Below are positions 13,768 through 24,832 of a stretch of DNA of 64,000 nucleotides, one piece after another. Origin of the DNA: Octopus vulgaris (lineage: Eukaryota); the NCBI GenBank assembly GCA_951406725.2, contig OX597821.1:25110001-25174000 (forward strand). The letters run 5' to 3'. Each line of letters opens with the position of its first letter. The stretch's first letter is position 1. A program made the translations under genes and the position numbers. The notes under the pieces are model-generated. The model was given only the letters and a program-made list of their open reading frames with translations, ran no database searches and was not told the origin of the DNA.

Positions 13768-14154
13768 TTACTCTTTTACTCGTTTCAGTCCTTTGACTGC
13801 GGCCATGCTGGAGCACCGCCTTTAGTCGAGCAAATCGACCCCAGGACTTATTCGTTGTAAGCCCAGTACTTATTCTATCAGTCTCTTTTGCCGAACCGCT
13901 AAGTGATGGGGACGTAAACACACCAGCATCGGTCGTCAAGCAATGCTAGGGGGACAAACACAGACACACACATACATACATATATATACATATATATGAC
14001 AGGCTTCTTTCAGTTTCCGTCTACCAAATCCACTCACAAGGCATTGGTCGGCCCGGGGCTATAGCAGAAGACACTTGCCCAAGATGCCACGCAGTGGGAC
14101 TGAACCCGGAGCCATGTGGTTGTTTAACAAGCTACTTACCACACAGCCACTCCT
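13768..14154 (-). mobile_element. Young full-length family B SINE
   Basis: Near-identical to 62584-63036; tRNA-like head at the 14154 end and AAAAGAGT tail at 13768. Confidence 0.9.
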
Positions 14155-14494
14155 ATAATAATTTTTAAAGAAAATTTCTTTCAGTTTTTGCCCTAAAATA
14201 ATTTAGGGGTGCTTGTTTATCCTCAGGTCAGTCCTGATTATTGAATTGACCTTTAATTAACATACGTGTCACTCAGAAGACAACGTCTTTGGAAAGAAAA
14301 TAGGAAATAAAGTGTTTAAAGCCACCATCACAACTAATTTTTATAGTCAATATTCATAAAAACAAGATATGCTGGTGTGTGGGCTGATGTAGTGCAGGTA
14401 GTAGGGTGTTGGTCTAAAAATATACCTAATATAGTCAGCATAAACAATCTTACGTAAGAAGAAACAAGTTTTTAGTTCCAGTAGGACATGATAC

Positions 14495-14862
14495 AACAAC
14501 AACCATCAGCTGAGGGTAAACATTGAATTGCGTGTGTCCAACAACTGTCAGCTGAGAGTGACAGACATGTATGTCTAACAACTGTCAACTGGGGGTAAAC
14601 ATTTAACTGTGCCTAACAACTGTCATTTGGGGGGTTGATAGGTAACAGTGTGTCCATCCACTGTCAGCTGTGGGTAAACATTTAGTTATGTGTCTAGCAA
14701 CTGTCGCCTTTGGGGATACATTTAGCTGTGTGTCCTACAGCTATCACTTGTAGGTAGATATATCCAACAATTGTTACTTGTGGTTAGTTATGCAGGTGTG
14801 TGTCCAATAACTGTAAACTGTAAACATGAGACATGTGGTGTGTCCAAAAACTGTCAATTGTG
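14495..14862. repeat. Degenerate minisatellite, about 10 units of roughly 30-42 bp
   Basis: Recurring GTGTC-YAACAACTGTCA-(GCTG...GGTAAACATT) unit. Confidence 0.8.
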
Positions 14863-14939
14863 AGAAGGGATCTTTTTTTTTTTGTTTAATTCTTGTTACT
14901 TGGTAACTGTGGAGAAAGAGGCAGTGTCCATGGTGACTA

Positions 14940-15130
14940 ACATTTTATAGAAACACAAGTTGACACCAGCAGGAAAGAGATGAGCAAAGAAGGAGAATTT
15001 CCAGAGGATTGAAGTTCTGGGAAAGAAGGACTGGGTATAATGGGTTAGTGTGGGATCTAGGATGTTGGACATAATATGGATGATAAGGAGAAGAGAGCTG
15101 AGTGAAGAGGGAGTATGTAAATGGAGGTAG
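14940..15130 (-). mobile_element. LINE ORF2 C-terminal relic (Jockey/CR1-group-like)
   Basis: ORF 14896..15138 contains HYTQSFFPRTSILW..HLFP..NL.FYK, resembling the SFFPRT..LWN.L...FP...NL..FK LINE C-terminus. Confidence 0.6.
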
Positions 15131-16957
15131 CAATCCACTATTCAACTCTAAGGAGGATAGTAGAAATAGAAAAGGAAGAGGAAAGAGACAGGATGCATGT
15201 AGGTCAAAGGCTGGAACATGTTCAGGAGTGGTTTTATGCCAATCACTCAAGTGGCCCTTTTATAGAAACACTCTTAAGATATCTGTGTGTACAATAGTGA
15301 CACCATCAAATATGTAGGAGCAATATTCCATTGTGTGCCACACCTAAGTTTTGTAGAGTGTTGGGGTGTGGTTCCTAGTTAGGGACATGCTTTTGCCAGG
15401 AGAGGTCCCCCGGCGATACTCATGCTTAAGATTTGTAGCTTTGTGACCAATAAATGCTAAATGTGGGTAGACATGTAGTGTCCAATGACAACTCAACGTA
15501 TAGAAAGACATAATAAAGAAAAGAAAACTATGCACAAAAATACTTAGAGCAATCGCAGGTACCACAGACTATGAGGTAAAAGGTGTGGCAGTGTGGTAAG
15601 AAGTTTGCAGGCACAGGTGTGGATGTATTGTAAGAAGTTTGCTTCCTAACCACATGGTTCTAGGTTCATTCCCACTGTGTGGTACCTTAGGCATGTGTCT
15701 TCTGCTAGAGTCCAAAACTGATCAAAGTTTTATGAGTGGATTTGATAGATGGAAACTGAAAGAAGCCCATCGAATCTGTATATGTGTGTGTTACTATCTT
15801 CCTTGTCTTAACATCATGTGACAGTTGTAAACAAGTGCCACCATCATGTAAGTGATGTCCTTCATTCTCAATCTTCTGTGAAGATATGTCAGGTAATATG
15901 GAAATATATACCTTACTTGGACACAGATATGGGTTGGTGACAGGAAGGGAATCCAGCTGTAGAAAATCTGCCTCAAATAAATTCTGTCCAAACAATGCAA
16001 GCATAGAAAAGTGGACCTAAAAATGATTATGTTGAGGAAGAATTGAGCCTTGATCTAAATTTCTCGCTAACATATAACTAAGAACACAAAACACTGCTGT
16101 ATGCATCATAATAGGTCATACATAAACAACCTACAAAACAAAAGAAAAATTTACTATAAATGATAAAAATGAAAGACCATTTGATCATGCAAGGAGCACA
16201 GTTTGTTGCAACAAGCTTCAACCTCCACCGGGACAGTGGAGGTTGAAACTTTTTATTACATGAAAAACCACCTCCAAACACCTAGACACATACATCCCCG
16301 AACAATACATCTTTAAACTACTATCCTTTCCACACAAGGGAAGCATAATATACAGGAATACTTACCAAATAATGAGAACAGTGGAACTTGGTTACAGTGC
16401 AACAAACAGCAACTGTCACACCATAACCAAGTCCACTTCACTCACCTCTGCTGTGGCCACCACCAGAATCTATGGGCATACAGAAACAGACTGGACAATG
16501 GAGAGAGTGCAGCATGTCCAAATTGTTATAGGATTCATGACTGTATGTCAGTCTTCAACATTATACATAAATGAGTGTCACCCTCATACAAGCTGTCGTT
16601 CATATTTAATGTTCCAGGAAAACCTGGCTAGCTTTGATGAAATGTTACCTTGCTTGAAAAACAGGTGAGAGTTGGCAACTGAAAGGGCATCTCCCTGCAG
16701 AAAATCTTGGATAAATTCCATCTGACCCATACAAAAATGAAAACAATGGATATTAGTGACTATGATAATGACAGGACAACACTGGTAACAATGTTGCAAC
16801 TGCTTACAATTGTGAATAGGTTTCTGCTCTAACAGCTACATGGATTGGACCATTTTAAAATTCTCAGACCATGGGTACAAAACTTGATCCATCTAACCCT
16901 CCTTCAGCAACCCCACTAATACTTAACTCACATTTTATGATGTTCTAATGTATATGT

Positions 16958-17415
16958 ATCTCGAAAGAGTCCAGAAGCTGGCTACCCGCATGGTTCTTGG
17001 TCTCAAGCATTTGTCTTATGAAGAAAGGCTTAAGACGCTAGACCTTTATTCTCTAGAAAAACGCCGCCGCCGTGGTGATCTCATTCTTGCTCACAACATC
17101 ATAAGCGGAAAGTGTAACCTTTCGAATGAGCTGTTCTTCACTCCTGCTCCAGAGCGTGGGCTGCAGGGTCACTCCGAAAAGCTCTATCTACGACGATTTC
17201 ATCTCAATTGAAGGAGAGGGGCTTTCTCTGTCCGGGTTGCGGATCCATGGAATAAGCTGCCGGACGAGATAGTGAAGATGCCGACGACCACTCGGTTCAA
17301 AGTCTCTCTTGACCAGAAATGGCCTGAACTCTTTGCATAAACACCCTCCCTGTACATAGCTCCATGTCCCCCTACATGGCCTTGCTTTTGCTTTTTGAGC
17401 CAAAAAATTAACTTA
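16958..17415 (+). mobile_element. 5'-truncated CR1 LINE (ORF2 C-terminus plus 3' UTR)
   Basis: LERVQKLATRMV.GLKHLSYEERLKTLDLYSLEKRRRRGDLI...GHSEKL...FSVRVADPWNKLP...FKVSLD; one internal TGA at 17209-17211; terminal stop at 17338-17340. Confidence 0.92.
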
Positions 17416-17876
17416 TATATGATGTTTTACTAACCCTGAAGAAATAGATGTAAGATAAAGTGAATCCAAGTGGGACTTGAATTCAAAGCATAAAGGGATG
17501 AAAATAAAGACAACAAACCTTTTTGTTCTGCATGCCTCTATCTTAAAAGTAATTATGCTGTTATTTAACACCCAAGGTCATCCAAATCCATTAGATCCAT
17601 GATCACTAATGACTAAGCTGTCTTTCATTCATATCTCAGATATCCTTATCTAACATGTCCTTCCTTTTTTTAAGACAGAAAGGAGTGATTTGAGGAGATT
17701 TAGCTGTAATTTCTAACAGACTCAGATACCGCATAGAGATTTTGTTAATGGTTTGCATAACTAGCTGGTAAATAATATAGAATATATCTAGTTCTTACAG
17801 GTCTATATTTAAGAGATTAGGAATTATGAACATTATTTACATTCGATGGATATTTGTCCTCATCTTGTTTGTTCTT

Positions 17877-17922
17877 AACACAACGTTTCGGCTGATATAC
17901 CCTCCAGCCTTATTCAGGTGTC
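17877..17922 (-). ncRNA. Minimal type I hammerhead ribozyme motif (G8 mutated)
   Basis: GACAC-CTGAATA-AGGCTG..CAGCC-GAAACGTT-GTGTT: stem I GACAC/GTGTT, stem II GGCTG/CAGCC, palindromic ACGT stem III. Confidence 0.7.
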
Positions 17923-18063
17923 TTGGGGGAAATTTCGAGCCTGGGTTCTCGTTCCTAAGGTATTTTTCGATGTTATTATTATTATTATTATTATTGTTTA
18001 AGTCAATGCTTAGACTCTTGGGGTTAGTAGCATGTGCTCTTAACAACTACGCCATATGCCCAA

Positions 18064-18109
18064 GACACCTGAAGAAGGCTGGAGGGTATATCAGCCGAAA
18101 TGCTGTGTT
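18064..18109 (+). ncRNA. Minimal type I hammerhead ribozyme motif (stem III mutated)
   Basis: GACAC-CTGAAGA-AGGCTG..CAGCC-GAAA-TGCT-GTGTT; intact CUGANGA and GAAA core. Confidence 0.7.
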
Positions 18110-18389
18110 AACAACAAACAAAATGAGGACAAATATCCGTCAAATGTAAATAATATGAGACCATCATGCAAGTGATGTCCTTCATTCCCAATCTTCTATA
18201 AAAACATGTTTGGTGATATGGAAATATTATCTTACTTGGAAACAGATAAGGGTTGGTGACAGAAAGGGCATCCAGCTGTGTGTGTAAGTATATATATATA
18301 TATAGAAAGAGAGAGGTAGATGTGTGTGTATACATATATATATAGAGAGAGAGAGAGGGAGAGAGAGAAAGAGAGGTAGATGTGTGTGT

Positions 18390-18460
<71 letters not shown>

Positions 18461-19069
18461 AAGAGAAAGAGAGAGGTAGATGTGTGTGTATACACACACA
18501 CACACAATGCAATGCATATCTATATATTTATCTGTCTCATTTGTTTTCCAATCAGCCTACTTTTGACAACATTATCCAAAATGTTCTCTTTATAAACAAT
18601 ATAGTACAATTTGAGCGAGATGATATAGCTGCCATTTCTAGCAGGTCAAGTTACACCATAGGGGGCTCCCTTGTAGTAATTACAAAAACAACAGTTTAAG
18701 AACAGTGGGTGTAACAAGGGTGACTCAACACAAATTATTCAGAAGGAATTCTAACATCTAGTCCTCCCCTCGCTACACAACACAATCAATTATTATAATA
18801 AATAGTAAAGGGCTCTTTTTTTTCTTTTGGTGGTAACAATAATTATAGTAGTGGTGGTTTATTAGACAGAGGGTTAAACTAGCAAGAACATTACAAATAC
18901 ACTAAGGCAGAAATGCATTCGCCGTGATTACTGTACAGAATTCAACAATTTTACGCCTTACTCCAACACACACACATACACACAAACCGTCGTGTACAAA
19001 GAACGAAAACACACACACACACATCAAGTAGTGTGTTCCAAGTTACCATGTAGAAACGGTATCACAAGA

Positions 19070-19077
19070 TGACGTCA
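19070..19077. promoter_or_regulatory. Palindromic CRE (TGACGTCA) in a CpG-retaining, non-repetitive-looking region
   Basis: Exact TGACGTCA where CpG density visibly rises (about 18.9 kb). Confidence 0.4.
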
Positions 19078-19558
19078 TGGCATCTGTGGCAGTGAGTGAA
19101 ACTGACTCCTCCCCTTCCTCTGACTACTACTACAACTACTACTACACTGCTGGAATTACTCATAGTAATTGTGGTGGTGGCGATAGTATCGGCGGCGGTG
19201 TCGGTGTATAGTAGACATTGGTGTATAGTTTATAACAGACAGTGGTGCTCGTGCATAGTTGAGGTGATGGTGGTGATAATGGTGCTGTAGTTTTTTAACA
19301 GACACTGGTGGCGAAGTGAGAGCGCTTCAACATTCGGGTTTAACATGAGCGTGCAATTATCAAGAATATAAAAAAAAAAAAAAAAAAACCCATCACCACC
19401 GCCGCCGCCACTAGCTCTGTACACACCAATGCCTTCACCACCTAACACGCACACAAACATACACACACATCAAAACTAGGTTAAAATATGTTTTGTAAAC
19501 ACAGACAAAATGGTGTGGCCGTGAGTGTATGTGTGCATATCTATATTTAGATAGACAG

Positions 19559-19560
<2 letters not shown>

Positions 19561-19602
<42 letters not shown>

Positions 19603-19606
19603 TTAC

Positions 19607-19686
<80 letters not shown>

Positions 19687-19702
19687 GTGTATATATATAT
19701 AT

Positions 19703-19733
<31 letters not shown>

Positions 19734-19745
19734 GTTACATGTGTG

Positions 19746-19778
<33 letters not shown>

Positions 19779-19785
19779 TTACGTG

Positions 19786-19818
<33 letters not shown>

Positions 19819-20310
19819 GGAGTTACGTGTATATTATAGCAGGAGTGGCTGTGTGGTAAGTAGCTTGCTAACCAACCACACGGTTGCGGGTTCGGTCCCA
19901 CTGCGTGGCATCTTGGGCAAGTGTCTTCTGCTATAGCCCCGGGCCGACCAATGCCTTGTGAGTGGATTTGGTAGACGGAAACTGAAAGAAGCCTGTCGTA
20001 TATATGTATATATATGTATATGTGTTTGTGTGTCTGTGTTTGTCCCCCTAGCATTGCTTGACAACCGATGCTGGTGTGTTTAGGTCCCCGTCACTTAGCG
20101 GTTCGGCAAAAAGAGACCGATAGAATAAGTACTAAAAGGTGGTGCTCCAGCATGGCCGCAGTCAAAATGACTGAAACAAGTAAAAGAGTAAAAGAGTAAA
20201 GAGTATATATATATAGAGAGAGAGAGAGAGTTACGTGTATATATATGTGTGTGTATGTGTGTATTAAAGAGAGAGAGAGTTACGTATATATATATATATG
20301 AGAGAGAGAG
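19561..20310 (+). repeat. Compound (TA)n(GA)n-GTTACGTG microsatellite array split by a SINE
   Basis: GTTACGTG at 19602, 19778, 19822 and 20230; variants at 19684, 19734 and 20279; each follows (GA)n and precedes (TA)n. Confidence 0.85.
19839..20203 (+). mobile_element. Family B SINE (tRNA head, CORE-like CTTGGGCAAGTG body, AAAAGAGT tail)
   Basis: A-box-like TGGCTGTGTGG and B-box-like GGTTCGGTCCC; internal deletion relative to the 13768 copy. Confidence 0.9.
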
Positions 20311-20336
20311 ATGATGATGATGTGTGTATATGTGTG

Positions 20337-20503
20337 TGACGTAATAATAGGTCACTGTCCTATGACGGGTTACATAAGTTTACGTAAGAATCACTGGAAA
20401 CTGAACTGTTGTGTAACCGTCAACAAGTGTGTGGTCAGCGTGATATCGGTCATGATACAAACAACATGCAGGTTCACTTCAACCAACAGTTGGGTTACGT
20501 AAC
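20337..20503. promoter_or_regulatory. Cluster of PAR-bZIP/NFIL3-type D-box-like sites
   Basis: TGACGTAA 20337, TTACATAA 20370, TTACGTAA 20380, GTTACGTAAC 20494. Confidence 0.45.
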
Positions 20504-20639
20504 GAGGAAGCTGAGGAAGTGGGAATAAGGAGGATTGAAAATTTCCAGAGACAGGCAAACAAACTGTATCAACTTGGTGTAGCAATGTTTGTAAACAGTG
20601 ATATTCACATGGCAAAGAGGGAGTGACTTGTTATTTTTA

Positions 20640-20735
20640 TTCCTCTCACAGAAAGGATAGAGTGTATATCAGCAGAGCGGAGCGCGCGGGACAACCTGTG
20701 TAACTTAGCTACCCATCAGCGGTCACCACCCTCAG
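20640..20735 (+). other. Putative non-coding first exon ending at a consensus splice donor (5' limit unknown)
   Basis: GC/CpG-rich stretch (GCGGAGCGCGCGGG) ending CTCAG|GTAAGG at 20735/20736. Confidence 0.3.
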
Positions 20736-21324
20736 GTAAGGAGAGAAAGACAAAGGGAAGTAACTGAAAACCAGCCCAAGCAACATATGACAAAATAACA
20801 AAACACCTGATACAACAGACAGACAGAATATACATACGGTGTATGCATATTCACATGTCCAATGAGCGGATAGATAGTCACAGTGTGTACGTGCATACGG
20901 TTACTGCGTAAGTGGATATACCATAGCCATTGTGTCTGTGCTGTAGAAATAGGTTAGCTAAGATCTTTCTACATCTCACCTCATCATACGCAGGTGTGTA
21001 ATATTCGCTTAGTACGTCCGACCCATATATATATACACACGGTGACAATGGGGGTACATGTGACGACAACGAATGTCACCAATATACTAAAGTGCAGAGG
21101 AAATAAGCTTCAGACTTGTTGTTCTTGTGGTGGTGGTGGTGGTGAGTGGTTTTATAACTTCACGTCATCATCATGATAAAGGAGAGCTGGGGTTTTTTTA
21201 TACATGTTGGTAAATATTACTGTATGATATGCGTGTGTTTATGTATATATGTTTGTGTGAGTATATATAATATATATTCATATATAAGCACATATATATG
21301 AATATATATATACATACTTTTCTT

Positions 21325-21497
21325 TTATTCTTTCACTTGTTTCAGTCATTTGACTGTGGCCATGCTGGAGCACCACTTTTAGTCGAACAAATCGACCCCA
21401 GGGGTTATTCTTTGTAAGCTTAGTACTTATTCTATCGGCTGTCAAGCGACGGTGGTGGGAACAAACACACGTACAAATATACACAATATACACACAC

Positions 21498-21583
<86 letters not shown>

Positions 21584-21765
21584 GGATGGATGGATGGATA
21601 CGGCAGGTTTCTTTCAGTTTCCGTCTGCCAACTCCACTCACAAGGCTTAGGTCGGCCCGAGGATAGAGTAGAAGACACTAGCCCAAGGTGCCACGCAGTG
21701 GGACTGAACCCGGAAACATGTGGTTGGGAAGGAAGCTTCTTACCACACAGCCACGCCTGCGCCTA
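21325..21765 (-). mobile_element. Family B SINE with internal (GATA)n expansion
   Basis: Head and tail match family B; (TAGA)n at about 21499-21582. Confidence 0.85.
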
Positions 21766-21769
21766 TATA

Positions 21770-22490
21770 TAGGCTCATCCCACAAATAATGCGGTTTTTA
21801 TATACTTCTTTTATTTCTTCAAAATTAAGATAAACATAGTTCTTTAATCTAAAATATACTCTCCTTCATTTTCTACAATGCTCTTCCATCTTATCTGGTA
21901 GACTTGCAGGCACCTTTTCCAAAATTCACTTGTCCGTGACGAAAAATACTTTCCCAGTACTGTTCTGACTTCGTCTACAGAATTCATATTTCTTCCGTCC
22001 TAATGATTATAAAGACTGCGAAATAAATGATAATCAGATGGGGGTAATGTCCAGTGAATATGGTGGGTGAGGCATTGTTTCCCATTCAAACTGCTCCAGC
22101 CTTTGGAATGCCATTCCTCGCTGTATGTGGCCGAGCATTATCCTGACGTAAGAACACCTCTCGTCTTGAAACCAAAGATGGTCGTTTTCCTTCTAGCGCT
22201 GACTTTAATGACTGGTTGAGTGACCAAACCCAAGCTTCTCTGCTAGTTCATCAATGGGATTTTGTTCCACCAGGGTTTGCAGGACGCCCTCGTCGAGCTC
22301 TACAGATCTTCCAGGACGAGGCTCATCTTCTAGGCTGTAGTTTCCGGCAGGTAATTTCTGGAATCACCGTTGACACTGGCTTATGCTTATTGTCCGATCT
22401 CCATAAGCTGCATTAATATTCCTCGCACTTACCTTCTTTGTGTTGTTGCTTTTATTGAACTCATAAAGCAAAATATGCATGGACTGCTGA
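21770..22490 (-). mobile_element. Internally deleted mariner
   Basis: Minus strand HILLYEFNK, SLEDEPRPGRS, QDNARPH, PHPPYSLDITPSDYHLFRSL; TIR at about 21770 shared with the MITE at 40021. Confidence 0.88.
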
Positions 22491-22709
22491 GCACGTTTTA
22501 TGAAAATTAGACTACCACGCACATATAAAAAAAATAAAATAATTAAAATATCTTCTTAGTATATAATGGTGGCAAGTTTTACATCATCTGAAAAGTCATT
22601 AATTGAACTATTAGTCCTTTTGCATTTGAGTGACATCAGACCCCAACAAACTCCCATAAATTAAATGCATCTATCTGGGTAACGATCGTGGCCCGTCGCG
22701 CTTTATGTG

Positions 22710-23685
22710 TTAACAGAACACACGTGTTAGAAATGGTTTTAAAAATTCCGTTCTGGAAAATTTTCACTCAAAGATGACCAACGTTCTGGTCGACCTACTG
22801 AAGTTGATGACCGAATCAAAGCCATAATTGAACCTGATTGTTATATAATTGTGCGAGAGATTGCAGATAGACCACATACAACAATTGAAAATCACTTAAA
22901 ATATCTTGGACTCGTTAAGAAGCTCGATAGTTGGGGTCCACATAAATTGAAAGTGATTCACTTAACACAATGAATCAATATTTGCGATATACATCTCAAA
23001 CGCAATGAAATCAACCTTTTTGTTTAAAACGAATCATCACTGGTGATGAAAAACAGATTGTCTACAATAAGATCAATTGAAAACGATCGTGGTCCAAGCG
23101 TAATGAATGAACCAGCACAAACCACTTTGAAAGCTGAATTGCATAAAAAAAAGGTCATGCTGTCAATTTGGTGGGATTACAAAGGTGTTGTCTATTTTGA
23201 ACTGCTTCCAAGGAACCAAACGATGAATTCAGATGTTTACTGTCAAGAACTAATGAAACTGGAGGAAGCAATCAAAGGAAAGCGGTCAGAATTTGCAAAT
23301 CGTAAAGGAATCGTGTTCCACCGTGATAACGCTAGATCACACACGTCTTTGCTAACTCGTGAAAAATTATTGGAGCTTGGTCAGGAAGTGATGTCACCAC
23401 CATATAGCCTTGACCTTGCACCATCAGATTACCATTTATTTCGAAGTTTGCAAAATTCTTTGAATGGTGAGACTTTCAATAATGATAATGAACCTGAAAT
23501 TACAGTTTTTGGCTAAGTATCAGAGGTTCTACGAGCGCGGAATCATGAAGTTGCTAGAAAGATGGCAAAAAGTCATCGAACAAAATGGAAAATATATAAT
23601 TGATTAAAGTTCATTCTTTGTATGAAAAAAAAAAAAGACTCTTATTTCACATTAAAAGACCGAAATTATTTTCTTGTCAACCCAA
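22710..23685 (+). mobile_element. Mariner (SETMAR/Hsmar1-like) transposase pseudogene with 3' TIR
   Basis: RSGRP, IITGDEK, KVMLSIWWDYKG, HRDNARSH, PPYSLDLAPSDYHLFRSL (ORF 23043..23516); 3' TIR ends ...GTCAACCCAA|TA. Confidence 0.93.
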
Positions 23686-23961
23686 TATATTTATATAAGT
23701 TTTGTAGTTTAAATTGGATGCGAAATGAAACAATTGTAGGTGAAGACGTCAATCAATTAATAAATTACACACACATATATATAATTTAAAAACAGAGAGA
23801 TCTAATAGATATAAATTAATTTATTAATTGATTGACATCTTCACCTACAATTGTTTCATTTCGCATCCAATTTAAACTACAAAACTTATATAAATATATT
23901 GGATTGACAAGAAAATAATTTCGGTCTTTTAGTGTGAAATAAGAGTCATTTTTTTTCATAC
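23620..23961. repeat. Inverted duplication, about 147-bp arms with a 49-bp spacer
   Basis: 23620-23767 is nearly the reverse complement of 23817-23961; arms include the mariner 3' TIR and GAAACAATTGTAGGTG (HHR-like 3' half). Confidence 0.92.
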
Positions 23962-24319
23962 ACACACACACACACACATGTATTTACAAGCAGAAGGATA
24001 AAGTACACATAATTTATTCTTTCACTCAAAACTTAGACGTTTCCATGTTGCTCCTTTGAAATAGTGAGAACAATCTTCAGTTTCAAATAAATGAATGACT
24101 ATATATTTGTATGTAAAATCATCATTTTTACATCTGCTCTTCCACACTGGTATGGGTTAGACAAGACTTTTTGGGGCAGTTCATTTAATGGCCTCTTGTA
24201 ACATACTTCGATATAGTGAACCTATTCTAATTGGGATACAAATGAAGTCTAAAATTGGAATATATACAAGATAGATATATATACACACAGTGCCTCCAGT
24301 TTGGCCGCAGTTTAATGGC

Positions 24320-24628
24320 TGATATGAGCCTTACGAAGGAGATGACAAAGGACCGAGATATCTGGCGTCTTGCTGTACTCAAGAAGACCGACCCACCACC
24401 GCAGAATTAATACCGATGTTGGTGTCACATAAAAAGCGCTCGTGCTAGTCCCACGTTAAAAGCACCCAGTACCCCCTATAAAGTGGTTGGCGTTAGGAAC
24501 CGTCATCCAACCGTAGAAATCATGCCAGAACAGACAAGGGAGCCTGGCACTGCCCCTGGCCTTACCAGCTCCTGTCGAACAGTTCAGCCCATGCCTGTAT
24601 GGAAAACGGACGTATGATGATGATGATG
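24320..24628 (+). mobile_element. RTE LINE extreme 3' end plus 3' UTR with (GAT)n tail
   Basis: EMTKDRDIWRLAVLKKT followed by GTGGTTGGCGTTAGGAA...GGAAAACGGACGTA(TGA)n. Confidence 0.75.
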
Positions 24629-24791
24629 GCGTGTTTGTGTGTGTCATATAAATGTGGCATCATTCACCTAGATGAGTTGAGGCGACGCCAACCAGTCAAT
24701 TCACAGCATTGTGAACAGAAGCTAAACATGTTCTTCGATCACAGATGACCTAACATGGAAATTGTTAATCAGTAACGGTTCCAATGGCAGG

Positions 24792-24832
<41 letters not shown>

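Larger units (their letters stand above)
17832..18154. mobile_element. Fold-back element: about 96-bp inverted arms, each with a minimal hammerhead, flanking (TTA)n and a tRNA-like head
   Basis: 17832-17927 is the reverse complement of 18059-18154 with a few mismatches; inner minus-strand GGGCATATGGCGTAGTTGTTAAGAGCA is an A-box-like head. Confidence 0.85.

Noticed and set aside
14495-14862. CRISPR-like periodicity
   Set aside because: Eukaryotic context, degenerate repeats, spacers related to each other, no cas genes
18108-18699. ORFs rich in YI/HT/RE/SL repeats (also at 19.5, 29.4-31.2, 46, 51, 56.8 and 62.8 kb)
   Set aside because: Translations of (TA)n, (CA)n, (GA)n and (TAA)n microsatellites
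19042-19057. RFX X-box GTTACCATGTAGAAAC
   Set aside because: Spacer and second half-site deviate from GTNRCC(N0-3)RGYAAC
23043-23516. Domesticated SETMAR-like host gene
   Set aside because: Frameshifts and stops upstream, a TIR downstream and no SET domain; an ordinary mariner fossil
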